Virus record (IMG/VR): IMGVR_UViG_3300027860_000004
Coordinates: 32,001-96,000 of that record
Origin: a virus
Lineage: Duplodnaviria > Caudoviricetes
DNA length: 64,000 bases
Reading direction: 5' to 3' (one strand)
The notes below the pieces were generated by a model that saw only the letters and a program-made list of their open reading frames with translations, had not been told where the DNA came from and made no database searches. The translations under genes and the position numbers were made by a program. Each line of letters starts with the position of its first letter. The stretch's first letter is position 1. This document shows, in pieces, positions 51,212 through 59,448 of the stretch.

Positions 51212-51463
51212 TTACCAATCGAATTTAGTGCAAACGGGGCCGCATTTTTCGCGACATTCTCCAGAAGCATAGTGGTGGCGAATATGTTCCGACCGTTTCG
51301 CTTCTCGTTGGGCCTCGCGTTGACGACGAACCTTCTCTGCTTGCGGGTCATAGGTCCGACCGAATCGGTTCACCGGGAGGGCACCGTTGGCGAGTTCATC
51401 ACACCGGAGGCATCCTTCAACCTTCTTACCGAAGTTCGGGCCGTGATTGTGTTGCGTTCCCAT
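51212..51463 (-). CDS. Cys/His-rich small protein
   Basis: H.H..CLRC..H..C..C..C; leaderless promoter. Confidence 0.75.
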   Translation of the reverse strand: MGTQHNHGPNFGKKVEGCLRCDELANGALPVNRFGRTYDPQAEKVRRQREAQREAKRSEHIRHHYASGECREKCGPVCTKFDW

Positions 51464-51489
51464 AACCCTATATTACATTTAATTAGGAG

Positions 51490-51765
51490 TTATGTCAAGG
51501 GATTTAGAAGTGCGAGAAGCCTTCTCAATTCCTTGATTTGTTCTTCTTTTGCTTCGATAGCCTTTTCCAGGGCCTTCTCGAACGCTAGGATGGCCTCTTC
51601 TCCATCGGTGTAGAAGTCTTTGCGCGCGACGGAGTAGACTGTTCCGCAGGCAATTCTCCGACCATTATCGCGAACCTGTGAAACAGTAACTTCCCGAAGG
51701 TAAGGAATACCTTCGTGGTTACTGTCGATAATGAAACCTTCGGTTCCTTTGCGAATATCTTCCAT
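51490..51765 (-). CDS. hypothetical protein
   Basis: leaderless promoter; ends TTG-ACA-TAA in the next -35. Confidence 0.75.
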   Translation of the reverse strand: MEDIRKGTEGFIIDSNHEGIPYLREVTVSQVRDNGRRIACGTVYSVARKDFYTDGEEAILAFEKALEKAIEAKEEQIKELRRLLALLNPLT

Positions 51766-51840
51766 CCTTTATATTTTAATTTAATCCCACAGTTATGTCA
51801 AGGAATAAGCCTATGATAAGTAGAAAGCAAAGAATGGAAT

Positions 51841-51873
51841 AGAGGAGGGCTTGAAAAGCGCCCTCCTCTTTTT
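51841..51873. terminator. terminator hairpin
   Basis: AGAGGAGGGC-N9-GCCCTCCTCT. Confidence 0.75.
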
Positions 51874-51875
51874 GG

Positions 51876-52055
51876 TTAATCACCTTCGGTTCCCGTTGCT
51901 TGCAGAAACCGTTCCCGGTTGAAACGGGGGTTCGTTATCGCCAACGAATCGGCGAAGGCAAGGGCCGCAGAACGTCGAGCGGAACGGAGACTTGCCGAAT
52001 GGGAAGGCATCCCTTTGATGGTGTCGGCAATCAGTTGAAAGTCTTTCTTCGTCAT
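51876..52055 (-). CDS. 59-aa conserved phage protein (not in ORF track)
   Basis: MTKKDFQLIA..NPRFNRERFL motif that I recognise from small phage proteins; TTGACA-17-TATAGT-6-ATG. Confidence 0.8.
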   Translation of the reverse strand: MTKKDFQLIADTIKGMPSHSASLRSARRSAALAFADSLAITNPRFNRERFLQATGTEGD

Positions 52056-52094
52056 GTGCTTACTATAAACCTATAACGAAGTTTTGTCAAAGAC

Positions 52095-52493
52095 TTACTT
52101 TCTCCGCTTGTTGTGATTTCCCCATCCCACAGTTTTCCAAGAATGAGGGAAAATTTCTTCAATGAACATAGCGACCTTAACAGGTATACCATACGAACGG
52201 TAGAGAGACTCCACTATGAGGGTTTGAAAGGTATCATGCCTTCCCCCTTCTCTTCCGTGATATACGTGGTCGATATAGTGCCCTAATTCGTGCAAGAGGG
52301 CCGCAGTATGTTCTGTCGTGGAACCATTTTTGCGGAAGTGTAGATAAATGATTTTGCTACGGGAAAAGTACCTTCCCGTATCTTTGTGGGCATCACGAAG
52401 CGAAGCAACTATGACCCGAGGAGCGGGTATGCCATAATCTTTACAGACTATGTTTGCATATTCTTGTGCCCATGTGGTCAAAGAAATGTTCAC
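52095..52493 (-). CDS. HExxH zincin-like metallopeptidase domain protein
   Basis: LLHELGH..H..H; GTG start 6 nt after TATACT. Confidence 0.7.
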   Translation of the reverse strand: MNISLTTWAQEYANIVCKDYGIPAPRVIVASLRDAHKDTGRYFSRSKIIYLHFRKNGSTTEHTAALLHELGHYIDHVYHGREGGRHDTFQTLIVESLYRSYGIPVKVAMFIEEIFPHSWKTVGWGNHNKRRK

Positions 52494-52601
52494 TTGATAA
52501 GTATAACCTTTTTTAAGTAGTTATGTCAAAGGCTTGTTCTCTTTAATTTATTATAGAGTAAAAGAAAGAGAGGCTCCCAGGGCAAGAACCTCCTCTTCGC
52601 T

Positions 52602-52859
52602 TTACTTTTTCTTGCCTTTCTTGGGTTCCATGTTGCGTTGACCCTTGGAGGCACGGATTTGTGCCCGCGTCATCTTCTTACGCTTGCGGGGTTGCTTGTC
52701 CACGGGGAGGGCCACAGGTGCCAGGATGGACAAACCCTGTTCCTCGGCGCGTTTATGCCCTTCCAGGACCCATTCGATATTGACCGGAACGGTGTTCGGA
52801 TTTTGCGAGAAGTTCTTCGCAGCGAAGGGGGCGAAGGTGGTCGTCATTTGCTGTTCCAT
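52602..52859 (-). CDS. protein with a highly basic C-terminal tail
   Basis: leaderless promoter. Confidence 0.7.
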   Translation of the reverse strand: MEQQMTTTFAPFAAKNFSQNPNTVPVNIEWVLEGHKRAEEQGLSILAPVALPVDKQPRKRKKMTRAQIRASKGQRNMEPKKGKKK

Positions 52860-52868
52860 GAATTAAGT

Positions 52869-53042
52869 TTATACCTTCTCGGAAGTTTTTGCAAGCGAAC
52901 CTTTGTTTTTATAGGCCGTTGTCCACTTGTGCCACTTGGTTCCAAAGTGTATCCCCATATGGTAGGAGACAACTCCACGATTTTGTTTCAACGCATGAGC
53001 ATAGCAGAAACGGTAAAGGCGTTGCTTCTGAAACTCTTTCAC
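52869..53042 (-). CDS. 57-aa basic protein (not in ORF track)
   Basis: TTGCTT-17-TAGAGT-6-GTG. Confidence 0.55.
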   Translation of the reverse strand: MKEFQKQRLYRFCYAHALKQNRGVVSYHMGIHFGTKWHKWTTAYKNKGSLAKTSEKV

Positions 53043-53139
53043 CTTCTTACTCTATCATAAACTGAAAGATAAAGCAAATATAGTTTTAAGATATTATAGC
53101 ATTAAAGGAAGAAAAGAACCCCCGGAGGGGGTCTAGTTG

Positions 53140-53166
53140 TTAGCCGAAAAGTTTGTCAAGTTTCAT
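53140..53166 (-). CDS. 8-codon minigene MKLDKLFG
   Basis: TTGCAA-17-TATAAT-6-ATG, then stop and terminator hairpin 53116-53133. Confidence 0.5.
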   Translation of the reverse strand: MKLDKLFG

Positions 53167-53201
53167 AACCTGATTATACCTTTTTGTTGATGTTATTGCA
53201 A

Positions 53202-53288
53202 ATGAGAGGAGTTTTCAATTAACGGGAAGAAAACTCTTAACAACTCCCGGCCTTTTCTGTGTCCCATTCGACCACGGGGGCCAACCTT
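53202..53288 (-). ncRNA. candidate ~90-nt structured RNA
   Basis: TTGACA-17-TATACT (53295-53323), no start codon at +1, GAGUUUUC/GAAAACUC stem. Confidence 0.5.
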
Positions 53289-53303
53289 AATTTAAGTATA
53301 AAA

Positions 53304-53483
53304 CTATTTGGTAGTTTTGTCAAACTTCCAGGTTGGCATGACTTCTTCGCGAGCCTGTTCTAGGCACAGGATGCACGTATATTCGTCCGCAACGATGCGA
53401 ACCGTATCCCGAGGGCGAAAGTCTGTTACCTTCGCACCACAACGAATTGATTCTGTTTTCTTGTCGAAAAGGTGGTTTAGCAT
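53304..53483 (-). CDS. small protein (H..CG..CxxC)
   Basis: ATG 53483 overlaps the upstream stop region. Confidence 0.55.
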   Translation of the reverse strand: MLNHLFDKKTESIRCGAKVTDFRPRDTVRIVADEYTCILCLEQAREEVMPTWKFDKTTK

Positions 53484-53752
53484 GAAAGTGCGAGAAGCCT
53501 TTCTTTCCAATCCGAGGAAAGTTTATCCCCTTCTGCTTTTTCTTGAAGAAGTTCGTACAGTTCGGGATAGGTAACATAATCCCGAGTATCACCTTCATCG
53601 GAGCAGAGAACCTCTACTGATTCACCTGCAACCGAATGAATCATGGGATTCGGTCCCATAAGAATTGAAACTTCCTTCCCATTCTCGAAAGAGATTACCG
53701 CATGACGTACACCACGCGAGGTCAAGAAGTGTGGTTTGATTTCAACTCTCAT
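53477..53752 (-). CDS. hypothetical protein
   Basis: TTGCAT-17-TATAAT-6-ATG. Confidence 0.75.
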   Translation of the reverse strand: MRVEIKPHFLTSRGVRHAVISFENGKEVSILMGPNPMIHSVAGESVEVLCSDEGDTRDYVTYPELYELLQEKAEGDKLSSDWKERLLALSC

Positions 53753-53838
53753 GCACTAATTATATCTTAAATTGAAAGATAATGCAAGAAGAAAAGAAGA
53801 AGCCTTGGGATGCTTGATTCCAAGGCTTTTCTAATATG

Positions 53839-54102
53839 TTATCCGTTATATTCGGAGAAACAACGCCCCTCGTCTAGTGCGACTTGATAGCGTTCGATGG
53901 ATTCGATACAACTTTCTAATTGTAGACGCGCCATCAGTAGGTCGCGATGAATCCCGCGATTATAGGATTTTTCGATGTTGACTTTATCAATAGTATCACA
54001 GGAATCATATCGCGCATGATACTCTTGAAGTTTGTTCTTCATCGCTTCTAATGAAGTGATTACATCAGAAGTGTTAAAGTTAGAAACCTTCGATTTAGCC
54101 AA
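53839..54102 (-). CDS. helical hypothetical protein (leadered exception)
   Basis: TTG start with AAGGAG SD; promoter 54160-54188. Confidence 0.65.
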   Translation of the reverse strand: MAKSKVSNFNTSDVITSLEAMKNKLQEYHARYDSCDTIDKVNIEKSYNRGIHRDLLMARLQLESCIESIERYQVALDEGRCFSEYNG

Positions 54103-54230
54103 AATTTTCTCCTTAGAAGAGTAAGCCCTAGAAGGGCAAAATTAGTTTTTACAAACCAAAACATATCAAATTACCAAAGTTATGTCAAATGTAGGTTGTT
54201 CTATATATAATAGTGTTGAAAATAAGAAGA

Positions 54231-54449
54231 AGGAGAGGTTAATTACTCCTCTCCTACTTTCCGCAAGGCGTCCCTTACTTGCCCGTTTTACATTCAGGTG
54301 GTGCCATACCTACACCATTCCGACAGGTGTTGTGGTTCTAAGTTTTTTAGTCCCTGGAAGTCAAACCCTAGACTTAAAAGCCTCCAGCGGGATTGTTTCC
54401 GTATCATCGCTTTTGTATCACGGTAAGGACGAACAATCAATTTCCTTAC
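54231..54449 (-). ncRNA. candidate ~200-nt structured transcript, or RBS-sequestered 48-aa ORF
   Basis: TTGACA-17-TATACT (54456-54484), several hairpins, terminator 54231-54255. Confidence 0.4.
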
Positions 54450-54549
54450 AACCAAAGTATATCAAAGCATTGAAGTTATGTCAAATGGAGTTTTATTCTA
54501 TGTATAATATACTTGAAAAGAGGAAGGGGAACCGGAGTTCCCCATTCTT

Positions 54550-54834
54550 CTACTTAATCCCGAGGCGGCGTTTGATTTCCGCTTTAACGAGGCGGGCTTG
54601 TTCGCCCTTGTAGGTGGTGGCGTTGGAGAGGAAATACATTCCAATGGACCGACCGGAGTCCGCACCATAGGCATCCTCGAATGAGGCCATATCGGACATG
54701 GCCTCTAAGTAGGGAACCGCACCGAAGTAGATTTTGGGCTTCCAGGACTTGCGAACGATATACGCAAGTTCGTTGACCGTCTTGCTTTTGAGTTCTTCCG
54801 CCGAAACGACGTTGTTGTTGTTGCTGATTTCCAT
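54550..54834 (-). CDS. conserved phage hypothetical protein
   Basis: W..YFGAVPYL.AM..YG.DS..YFLSNA..GE.AR.VK.E motif; leaderless promoter. Confidence 0.8.
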   Translation of the reverse strand: MEISNNNNVVSAEELKSKTVNELAYIVRKSWKPKIYFGAVPYLEAMSDMASFEDAYGADSGRSIGMYFLSNATTYKGEQARLVKAEIKRRLGIK

Positions 54835-54908
54835 AAACCTATTATACCTTTCGATAGAAGTTATTGCAAGAAAAAGAGCCTATCAGATTTCCGATAGACT
54901 CTCCAGAC

Positions 54909-55070
54909 TTAATCCTCTGTTTCGATTTCAAACATATCATTTCCTAGATAACGCACAGGCGTATCCGAAATGATATTGGCGACAATTTCCAAACCTTTTC
55001 CAGACGCCTCTCTAAGGGTTTCGGTTAATTGATTCAAAAGGTCTTGAAAAGAAATAACTTCTTTTGCCAT
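54909..55070 (-). CDS. 53-aa protein MAKEVISFQDLL... (not in ORF track)
   Basis: fills an intergenic gap; resembles 59772-60002. Confidence 0.55.
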   Translation of the reverse strand: MAKEVISFQDLLNQLTETLREASGKGLEIVANIISDTPVRYLGNDMFEIETED

Positions 55071-55120
55071 GTTTATATCATTCTCTCTTTCTTGAAGAAT
55101 CCCTTTAGACTTGTGAAAAT

Positions 55121-55378
55121 TTAATAATCTTCCGCTCGCCGCGCATCGGTTTCGTCTTGGTTGACGCCACTTGCAATAGTTCGACCAGAATCTTCGTCGT
55201 TGAACGTATCGACTTCGGTTCCATCCGGTAATTCGATATATTCACGAACGAGGCATTCATCATCAACGTCAACATCGACTGTTTCGATATTACTCACGTT
55301 GAGGGTAGAAGGAAAGAAGTCGCAGGAGGAGCGCACTTCGGTGCCACCATCCCATACCGAAACGTATGTTGCTTTCAT
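55121..55378 (-). CDS. acidic protein (start moved to MKATYVSVWDGG)
   Basis: GGAGA SD; second cistron. Confidence 0.7.
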   Translation of the reverse strand: MKATYVSVWDGGTEVRSSCDFFPSTLNVSNIETVDVDVDDECLVREYIELPDGTEVDTFNDEDSGRTIASGVNQDETDARRAEDY

Positions 55379-55382
55379 GTTT

Positions 55383-55583
55383 TTATTCTCCGAATCTATC
55401 GGGAACGATTTCCCACTTGCCGACTTTGTTTCCGTTGCTATCCAAGATATTCTCTTGGTCCCCGACGTATTGAGTGCTTTCATCGGAGGAATAACCCCGG
55501 AAAGAATTGGCGATAGCCGTCTTGACTTCACCGAAGGTTTGCATCGCATCGTTGTCGAGATTGATTTCGAGCGTCATCTTCAT
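55383..55583 (-). CDS. small phage protein
   Basis: I.LDNDA..I.D.NGNKVG.W; leaderless promoter. Confidence 0.75.
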   Translation of the reverse strand: MKMTLEINLDNDAMQTFGEVKTAIANSFRGYSSDESTQYVGDQENILDSNGNKVGKWEIVPDRFGE

Positions 55584-55620
55584 GCTTTAAGTTTAACAAC
55601 TTTCGGCAGTTATTGCAAAC

Positions 55621-55851
55621 CTAATGAACAATAGGAAAATGAATCGCCGGAACCCACGTTAATACCCACAGAACAAGCCAACAGGGGTAAACGAATGGGC
55701 AGAAAATACCGAATATCGCGGCGACGTACCAAGGAGCCCAAACTCCAAAAACCCAGAAGAGAATAAACTCTGCCAGGAGACAAGAAACGAGGTATATCAC
55801 CGAAAGGAATAATAATTGTATACCATAGAAAAACTTAATAAATTCATCCAT
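55621..55851 (-). CDS. small membrane protein
   Basis: very hydrophobic; TTGCAG-17-TAGAAT-6-ATG. Confidence 0.7.
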   Translation of the reverse strand: MDEFIKFFYGIQLLFLSVIYLVSCLLAEFILFWVFGVWAPWYVAAIFGIFCPFVYPCWLVLWVLTWVPAIHFPIVH

Positions 55852-55966
55852 ACTGTTATTCTACAACTTTGGGGAGGATTCTGCAAGGGTTCTGATTATT
55901 ATAGTTTAATAAAAAGAAAGGCAGGCTTTTTCTCCTTAGCCTGTCTCTCTTTTTTTGAGGAGGGTT

Positions 55967-56284
55967 TCAGTATTGAATCCGAACAGCCCCGCCGATGGTC
56001 AACTCTTTCCCTTGAACCGGATTCATCGCTTCCCGAACGAGGGAGAGGAGTTCCGGGAAGGAAGCGACCTTGGCCCCGTATTGGGTGTTAAGCATCCAAG
56101 TGCCGGGATGGCTTTTGGTCACGTTGTATAGTGCCAAAGCACTTTGTTTGTGAAGGGCGATGATTGCGTCATCTGATTGGAGGATGAAGTCGATATCCTC
56201 TTCTTTCGAGGGATAGATGACGAAGTTTCGCACCTTGCGGGCACCAGGGAGTTTGAAGTCAACGCTTGGAATGATGTTCTTCAT
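55967..56284 (-). CDS. hypothetical protein
   Basis: TTGACA-17-TATACT-6-ATG. Confidence 0.75.
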   Translation of the reverse strand: MKNIIPSVDFKLPGARKVRNFVIYPSKEEDIDFILQSDDAIIALHKQSALALYNVTKSHPGTWMLNTQYGAKVASFPELLSLVREAMNPVQGKELTIGGAVRIQY

Positions 56285-56319
56285 GTCCTAAGTATAAACT
56301 AATAACGAAGATTTGTCAA

Positions 56320-56544
56320 CTAATAGTCTTCTTCTTCGTCCTCGTTATCCTCCTCTAGGTTTACGTCGTCCATAACATCTTCGGTCGAATAGCCCAAGAC
56401 GTAAGCCTCTGGAAGAATTTCTTTCCCATTCCAAACTTCTACCTTATCAGAAATAAGGTGATTGAAGTAAAGGTGTTTAACATCTACTACTACTTCATCG
56501 GGAACGCTAACATTGACCCAGGTGACAAAGGTTAAAGTTTTCAT
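56320..56544 (-). CDS. acidic-tailed protein (start moved to MKTLTF)
   Basis: TTGCAA-17-TATGAT-6-ATG. Confidence 0.75.
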   Translation of the reverse strand: MKTLTFVTWVNVSVPDEVVVDVKHLYFNHLISDKVEVWNGKEILPEAYVLGYSTEDVMDDVNLEEDNEDEEEDY

Positions 56545-56649
56545 GTGCTTATCATACACCTTTCAGAAAGTTATTGCAAATAGGGTTATTCAATTTATTA
56601 TACACCAAAAGAGAGAAGAGAGAGCCGGAGCCCTCTACTTCAATCTTCC

Positions 56650-57072
56650 TTACACTTCCTTGACTTTGTACCCGAAGTTATTGAACACCTTAAGCACGTT
56701 CTCGGCGGTGCCGAGTCCGGGATTGCTATAATCACGTTGGCGGTTGTAAAGGGTTTGAGCCATAACGAGACTGATTTTGTTACGCGAAACCGTGAAGATG
56801 TAACCTTCGGTTTCGACAGCCTTCTTCGTTTCGGTCAAACCCATGCTGGTCAATTCGCGAAGGAATTTGATAGCCCCGATTTTATCGTAATCCCCATAAG
56901 GGCCGATAATGATAAACTTCAACGAAAGCGGGTCTTGCTTGCCTTCGATACGCAATTCGAGCAAACCCCGAAGGGCCATGTCGGTCACAATCGAAACGAA
57001 GGAGGTGCCATCCACCTTGTTATGGGGGATGAGGATTTCTTGGTCGCCTTGCTTCAAAACAATGTTCATCAT
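56650..57072 (-). CDS. protein with a ribosomal L7/L12 C-terminal-like domain
   Basis: DKIGAIKFLRELTSMGLTETKKAVE..AENVLKVFNNFGYKV. Confidence 0.7.
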   Translation of the reverse strand: MMNIVLKQGDQEILIPHNKVDGTSFVSIVTDMALRGLLELRIEGKQDPLSLKFIIIGPYGDYDKIGAIKFLRELTSMGLTETKKAVETEGYIFTVSRNKISLVMAQTLYNRQRDYSNPGLGTAENVLKVFNNFGYKVKEV

Positions 57073-57117
57073 GTTTTTATTCTACCTTTTTCTTGAAGTT
57101 ATTGCAAGAAAGAATTA

Positions 57118-57303
57118 TTAGGGAACGTAGAAAACAGGTGAACCATAATCAGGATTGTATTCCTGAACAGTTTTCCATTCGATGAGATTTTGTTCTTCCA
57201 AAGCCCGAATGGCTTGAAGTGCAGCAACGCGAGTCACACCCGGCAAGAAATGAATGACCGCCCCAACTTGCCGAGGTTCTTTGTTCTCATTGTTATTGTT
57301 CAT
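57118..57303 (-). CDS. small phage protein
   Basis: ends EYNPDYGSPVFYVP; leaderless promoter. Confidence 0.7.
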   Translation of the reverse strand: MNNNNENKEPRQVGAVIHFLPGVTRVAALQAIRALEEQNLIEWKTVQEYNPDYGSPVFYVP

Positions 57304-57391
57304 ACTTCTATTATCAACCTTTAGGGTAGTTTTGTCAAAAATTATTCAATTTATTATAGCATAAGAAAAGAAAGAGGGCCAAAGCCCCCTT

Positions 57392-57595
57392 TTAGTCCGG
57401 GTCGTACTCTTCCCCAGGCGCTTCGTCGTGCATATAGCGCATGACTTCAACATCTTCGACCTCCGCGAATTTGATTCGAGGAGTCTGCTTATATGCGGCG
57501 TCCCGAATCTCATCAATATCGGGGTTCGCATTATCCAGATTAACTTGATATTTGCGAACCTCCGTAACAGTTTCTGTTAGAACGAACAGGGGCAT
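57392..57595 (-). CDS. small acidic protein (start MPLFVL)
   Basis: AGAGGAGG SD. Confidence 0.65.
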   Translation of the reverse strand: MPLFVLTETVTEVRKYQVNLDNANPDIDEIRDAAYKQTPRIKFAEVEDVEVMRYMHDEAPGEEYDPD

Positions 57596-57777
57596 CCGTA
57601 GTCCTCCTCTTCTTCCCATTCTTCATAGTCGATATTCTCGTCAAAGAAGTCCTCTTCTTCGACAAATTCGCCATTCGCTTCGGAAGCGAGGCAGTTTTCC
57701 TCGAAACGGATGGCATCCCCGAAGGGCATCGAGTCGTAGGGGTCGTAAGATTCGTAACCGCTGTAATCTTCATCCAT
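57577..57777 (-). CDS. extremely acidic 66-aa protein, DNA-mimic candidate
   Basis: D/E- and aromatic-rich; TTGCAG-17-TATAAT-6-ATG. Confidence 0.7.
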   Translation of the reverse strand: MDEDYSGYESYDPYDSMPFGDAIRFEENCLASEANGEFVEEEDFFDENIDYEEWEEEEDYGCPCSF

Positions 57778-57799
57778 AAACTAATTATAGACCTTCTCT

Positions 57800-57982
57800 T
57801 TAGTTACTGCAAGCGGAGAGAGGATACCAACGGCCACCATCTTTCCCTCCGCTTGCATGATAGCGAGGCAACTGCGGGACGCAGAAGATTTCCCCTTCCC
57901 GCTTCTTGGTAACGTAGCAAGGAACGTCTTTCAAGCGACCACGACGAGGTGTAGCGGCCTGAAGAAGGTTGGCATCTTTCAA
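57800..57982 (-). CDS. small hypothetical protein
   Basis: overlaps the upstream stop; ends in the next promoter. Confidence 0.5.
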   Translation of the reverse strand: MKDANLLQAATPRRGRLKDVPCYVTKKREGEIFCVPQLPRYHASGGKDGGRWYPLSACSN

Positions 57983-58230
57983 CTAATCCACACCTTGTAG
58001 GCATCGGCAAGGTCGTAAAGATAGTCGAGCGAATCATTAAAGTCATCTACCGACCCATTTACAGATGACTTGTAAAAATCGTTTGATAAGTCCGTAGTGT
58101 CAAGAACATTGAAAGGTGAATTTACTCGAAGCCTTTCCATGATTTGATTTGCAGCGGCCTTGACTGAATCTTCATCTTCAGAAGTGTCAAGAAGGTCTTT
58201 GATTTGGAATTGAGACAGCCATTTACCCAT
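57979..58230 (-). CDS. acidic protein (start MGKW)
   Basis: GGAGA SD; DF...LD.LYDLAD...VWI. Confidence 0.7.
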   Translation of the reverse strand: MGKWLSQFQIKDLLDTSEDEDSVKAAANQIMERLRVNSPFNVLDTTDLSNDFYKSSVNGSVDDFNDSLDYLYDLADAYKVWIS

Positions 58231-58231
58231 A

Positions 58232-58408
58232 TTATTTCTCCAGCAAAGCGACAAGGAACCCATGTTGATAGATGAAGGGTAAATTATCGAAGAGAGCCTT
58301 CTGGTTCTTCGTTGCCAGGGAGAGAGCAAACTCCTTCGCCTTGTTATAGGCGCTCAACTCCACAAAGGAGGAGGTCAAAAGTTCTTTCGCTTCATCTTTC
58401 GTCATCAT
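58232..58408 (-). CDS. 58-aa protein MMTKDEAKELL... (not in ORF track)
   Basis: TTGACA-17-TATACT-6-ATG. Confidence 0.7.
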   Translation of the reverse strand: MMTKDEAKELLTSSFVELSAYNKAKEFALSLATKNQKALFDNLPFIYQHGFLVALLEK

Positions 58409-58434
58409 GCTCTAAGTATAAACTTATTGCGGAG

Positions 58435-58650
58435 TTATGTCAAAGGAAGCGGAATTGTAGACTCGAACCAAACTTCTTTGTCGTAATCATTATACGTGAT
58501 TTTAACATGGCTGTATTCTACGGCATGGCGATGAATAAGATTTTTCGCAAGATTCAATGCGCCTTGCTTTGAGTCCCGAGTCCAGAATTGGACTTGTGCG
58601 GGATATTCACGTAGGGTTGCAATGATGACAAATGGTTCGGTATACTTCAT
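58435..58650 (-). CDS. hypothetical protein
   Basis: TGGACA-17-TATATT-6-ATG; ends TTG-ACA-TAA. Confidence 0.7.
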   Translation of the reverse strand: MKYTEPFVIIATLREYPAQVQFWTRDSKQGALNLAKNLIHRHAVEYSHVKITYNDYDKEVWFESTIPLPLT

Positions 58651-58665
58651 GCTATGAATATAAAC

Positions 58666-58935
58666 CTATTCAGGAGTTTTGTCCAACAATGGGAGGAAAG
58701 AAACGATATTCTTTCTTAATTTATCATAAACAACTCGAACAGTCTGACCCTGCCATTCGAGCGTATGAATAGTGACCCGATTTGATTGGGTCACAACATT
58801 TTGACTTCGACCGGACATAATATGACGCTTTAATTCTATCATATTTTGATGGTTGAAGTCAATTCCGTAACGCTCCAATGCCCTCCGCTTGGCATGTTTA
58901 CGTTGGCACTTCCCTTTGCTAACTCGCTTTCCCAT
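58666..58935 (-). CDS. basic protein, possible RelE/DUF4258-like fold
   Basis: HAKRRALERY..VVYDK..IVSF. Confidence 0.5.
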   Translation of the reverse strand: MGKRVSKGKCQRKHAKRRALERYGIDFNHQNMIELKRHIMSGRSQNVVTQSNRVTIHTLEWQGQTVRVVYDKLRKNIVSFLPLLDKTPE

Positions 58936-58957
58936 TATTGTTGTTCCCTTAAATAAT

Positions 58958-59045
58958 TGGTGGGGAAGGTGGGACTCGAACCCACATGAGATTTCTCCCG
59001 TCGCGTTTTAAGCGCGATGCTTCTGACCAATTTAGCCACTTCCCC
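58958..59045 (-). tRNA. trnL: tRNA-Leu(UAA)
   Basis: GGGGAAG/CTTCCCC acceptor, TCGCG-CTTAAAA-CGCGA anticodon arm, long variable arm, GTGGG-TTCGAGT-CCCAC T arm, encoded CCA. Confidence 0.95.
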
Positions 59046-59448
59046 GAATAGATGGATGACTATAATATCCTCCGCATTTTCGAGAACAATAATTTTCTTT
59101 TGTTACTTTATTTTTTTGTCTGTCTTGGCGCTCACGTTGACTAACTTCTGCTTGAAACTCTTTTCCGCAAGGGCAAGTATATGTTTTATATTTTCTTTGC
59201 CTTCCGTGGTCAACCCAAACGGATTTTCTTCTATTTTCTATTCCGCTCAAAACTTGCAAGTTCGACAGTTCATTGTTTCTTATGTTTCCATCCTTGTGGT
59301 CAACTTCTTCCCAATCCTCAAGTTTCCTTCCTAATGCTTCTTCCATGAGGTAACGAGGATAAGAAATAGTTATCAGGGATTTATCGTCTAATTGCTTGAC
59401 AATTCTGCTTCTGCCGTCCTTGGCAGTATATGGTCCGTATATCTTCAT
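59032..59448 (-). CDS. HNH homing-endonuclease-like protein
   Basis: RY.ME..LGR.L...EEVDHKDG...NN..SNLQV, C-terminal CPCGK..YCSRKC; AAGAGG SD. Confidence 0.85.
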   Translation of the reverse strand: MKIYGPYTAKDGRSRIVKQLDDKSLITISYPRYLMEEALGRKLEDWEEVDHKDGNIRNNELSNLQVLSGIENRRKSVWVDHGRQRKYKTYTCPCGKEFQAEVSQRERQDRQKNKVTKENYCSRKCGGYYSHPSIRGSG

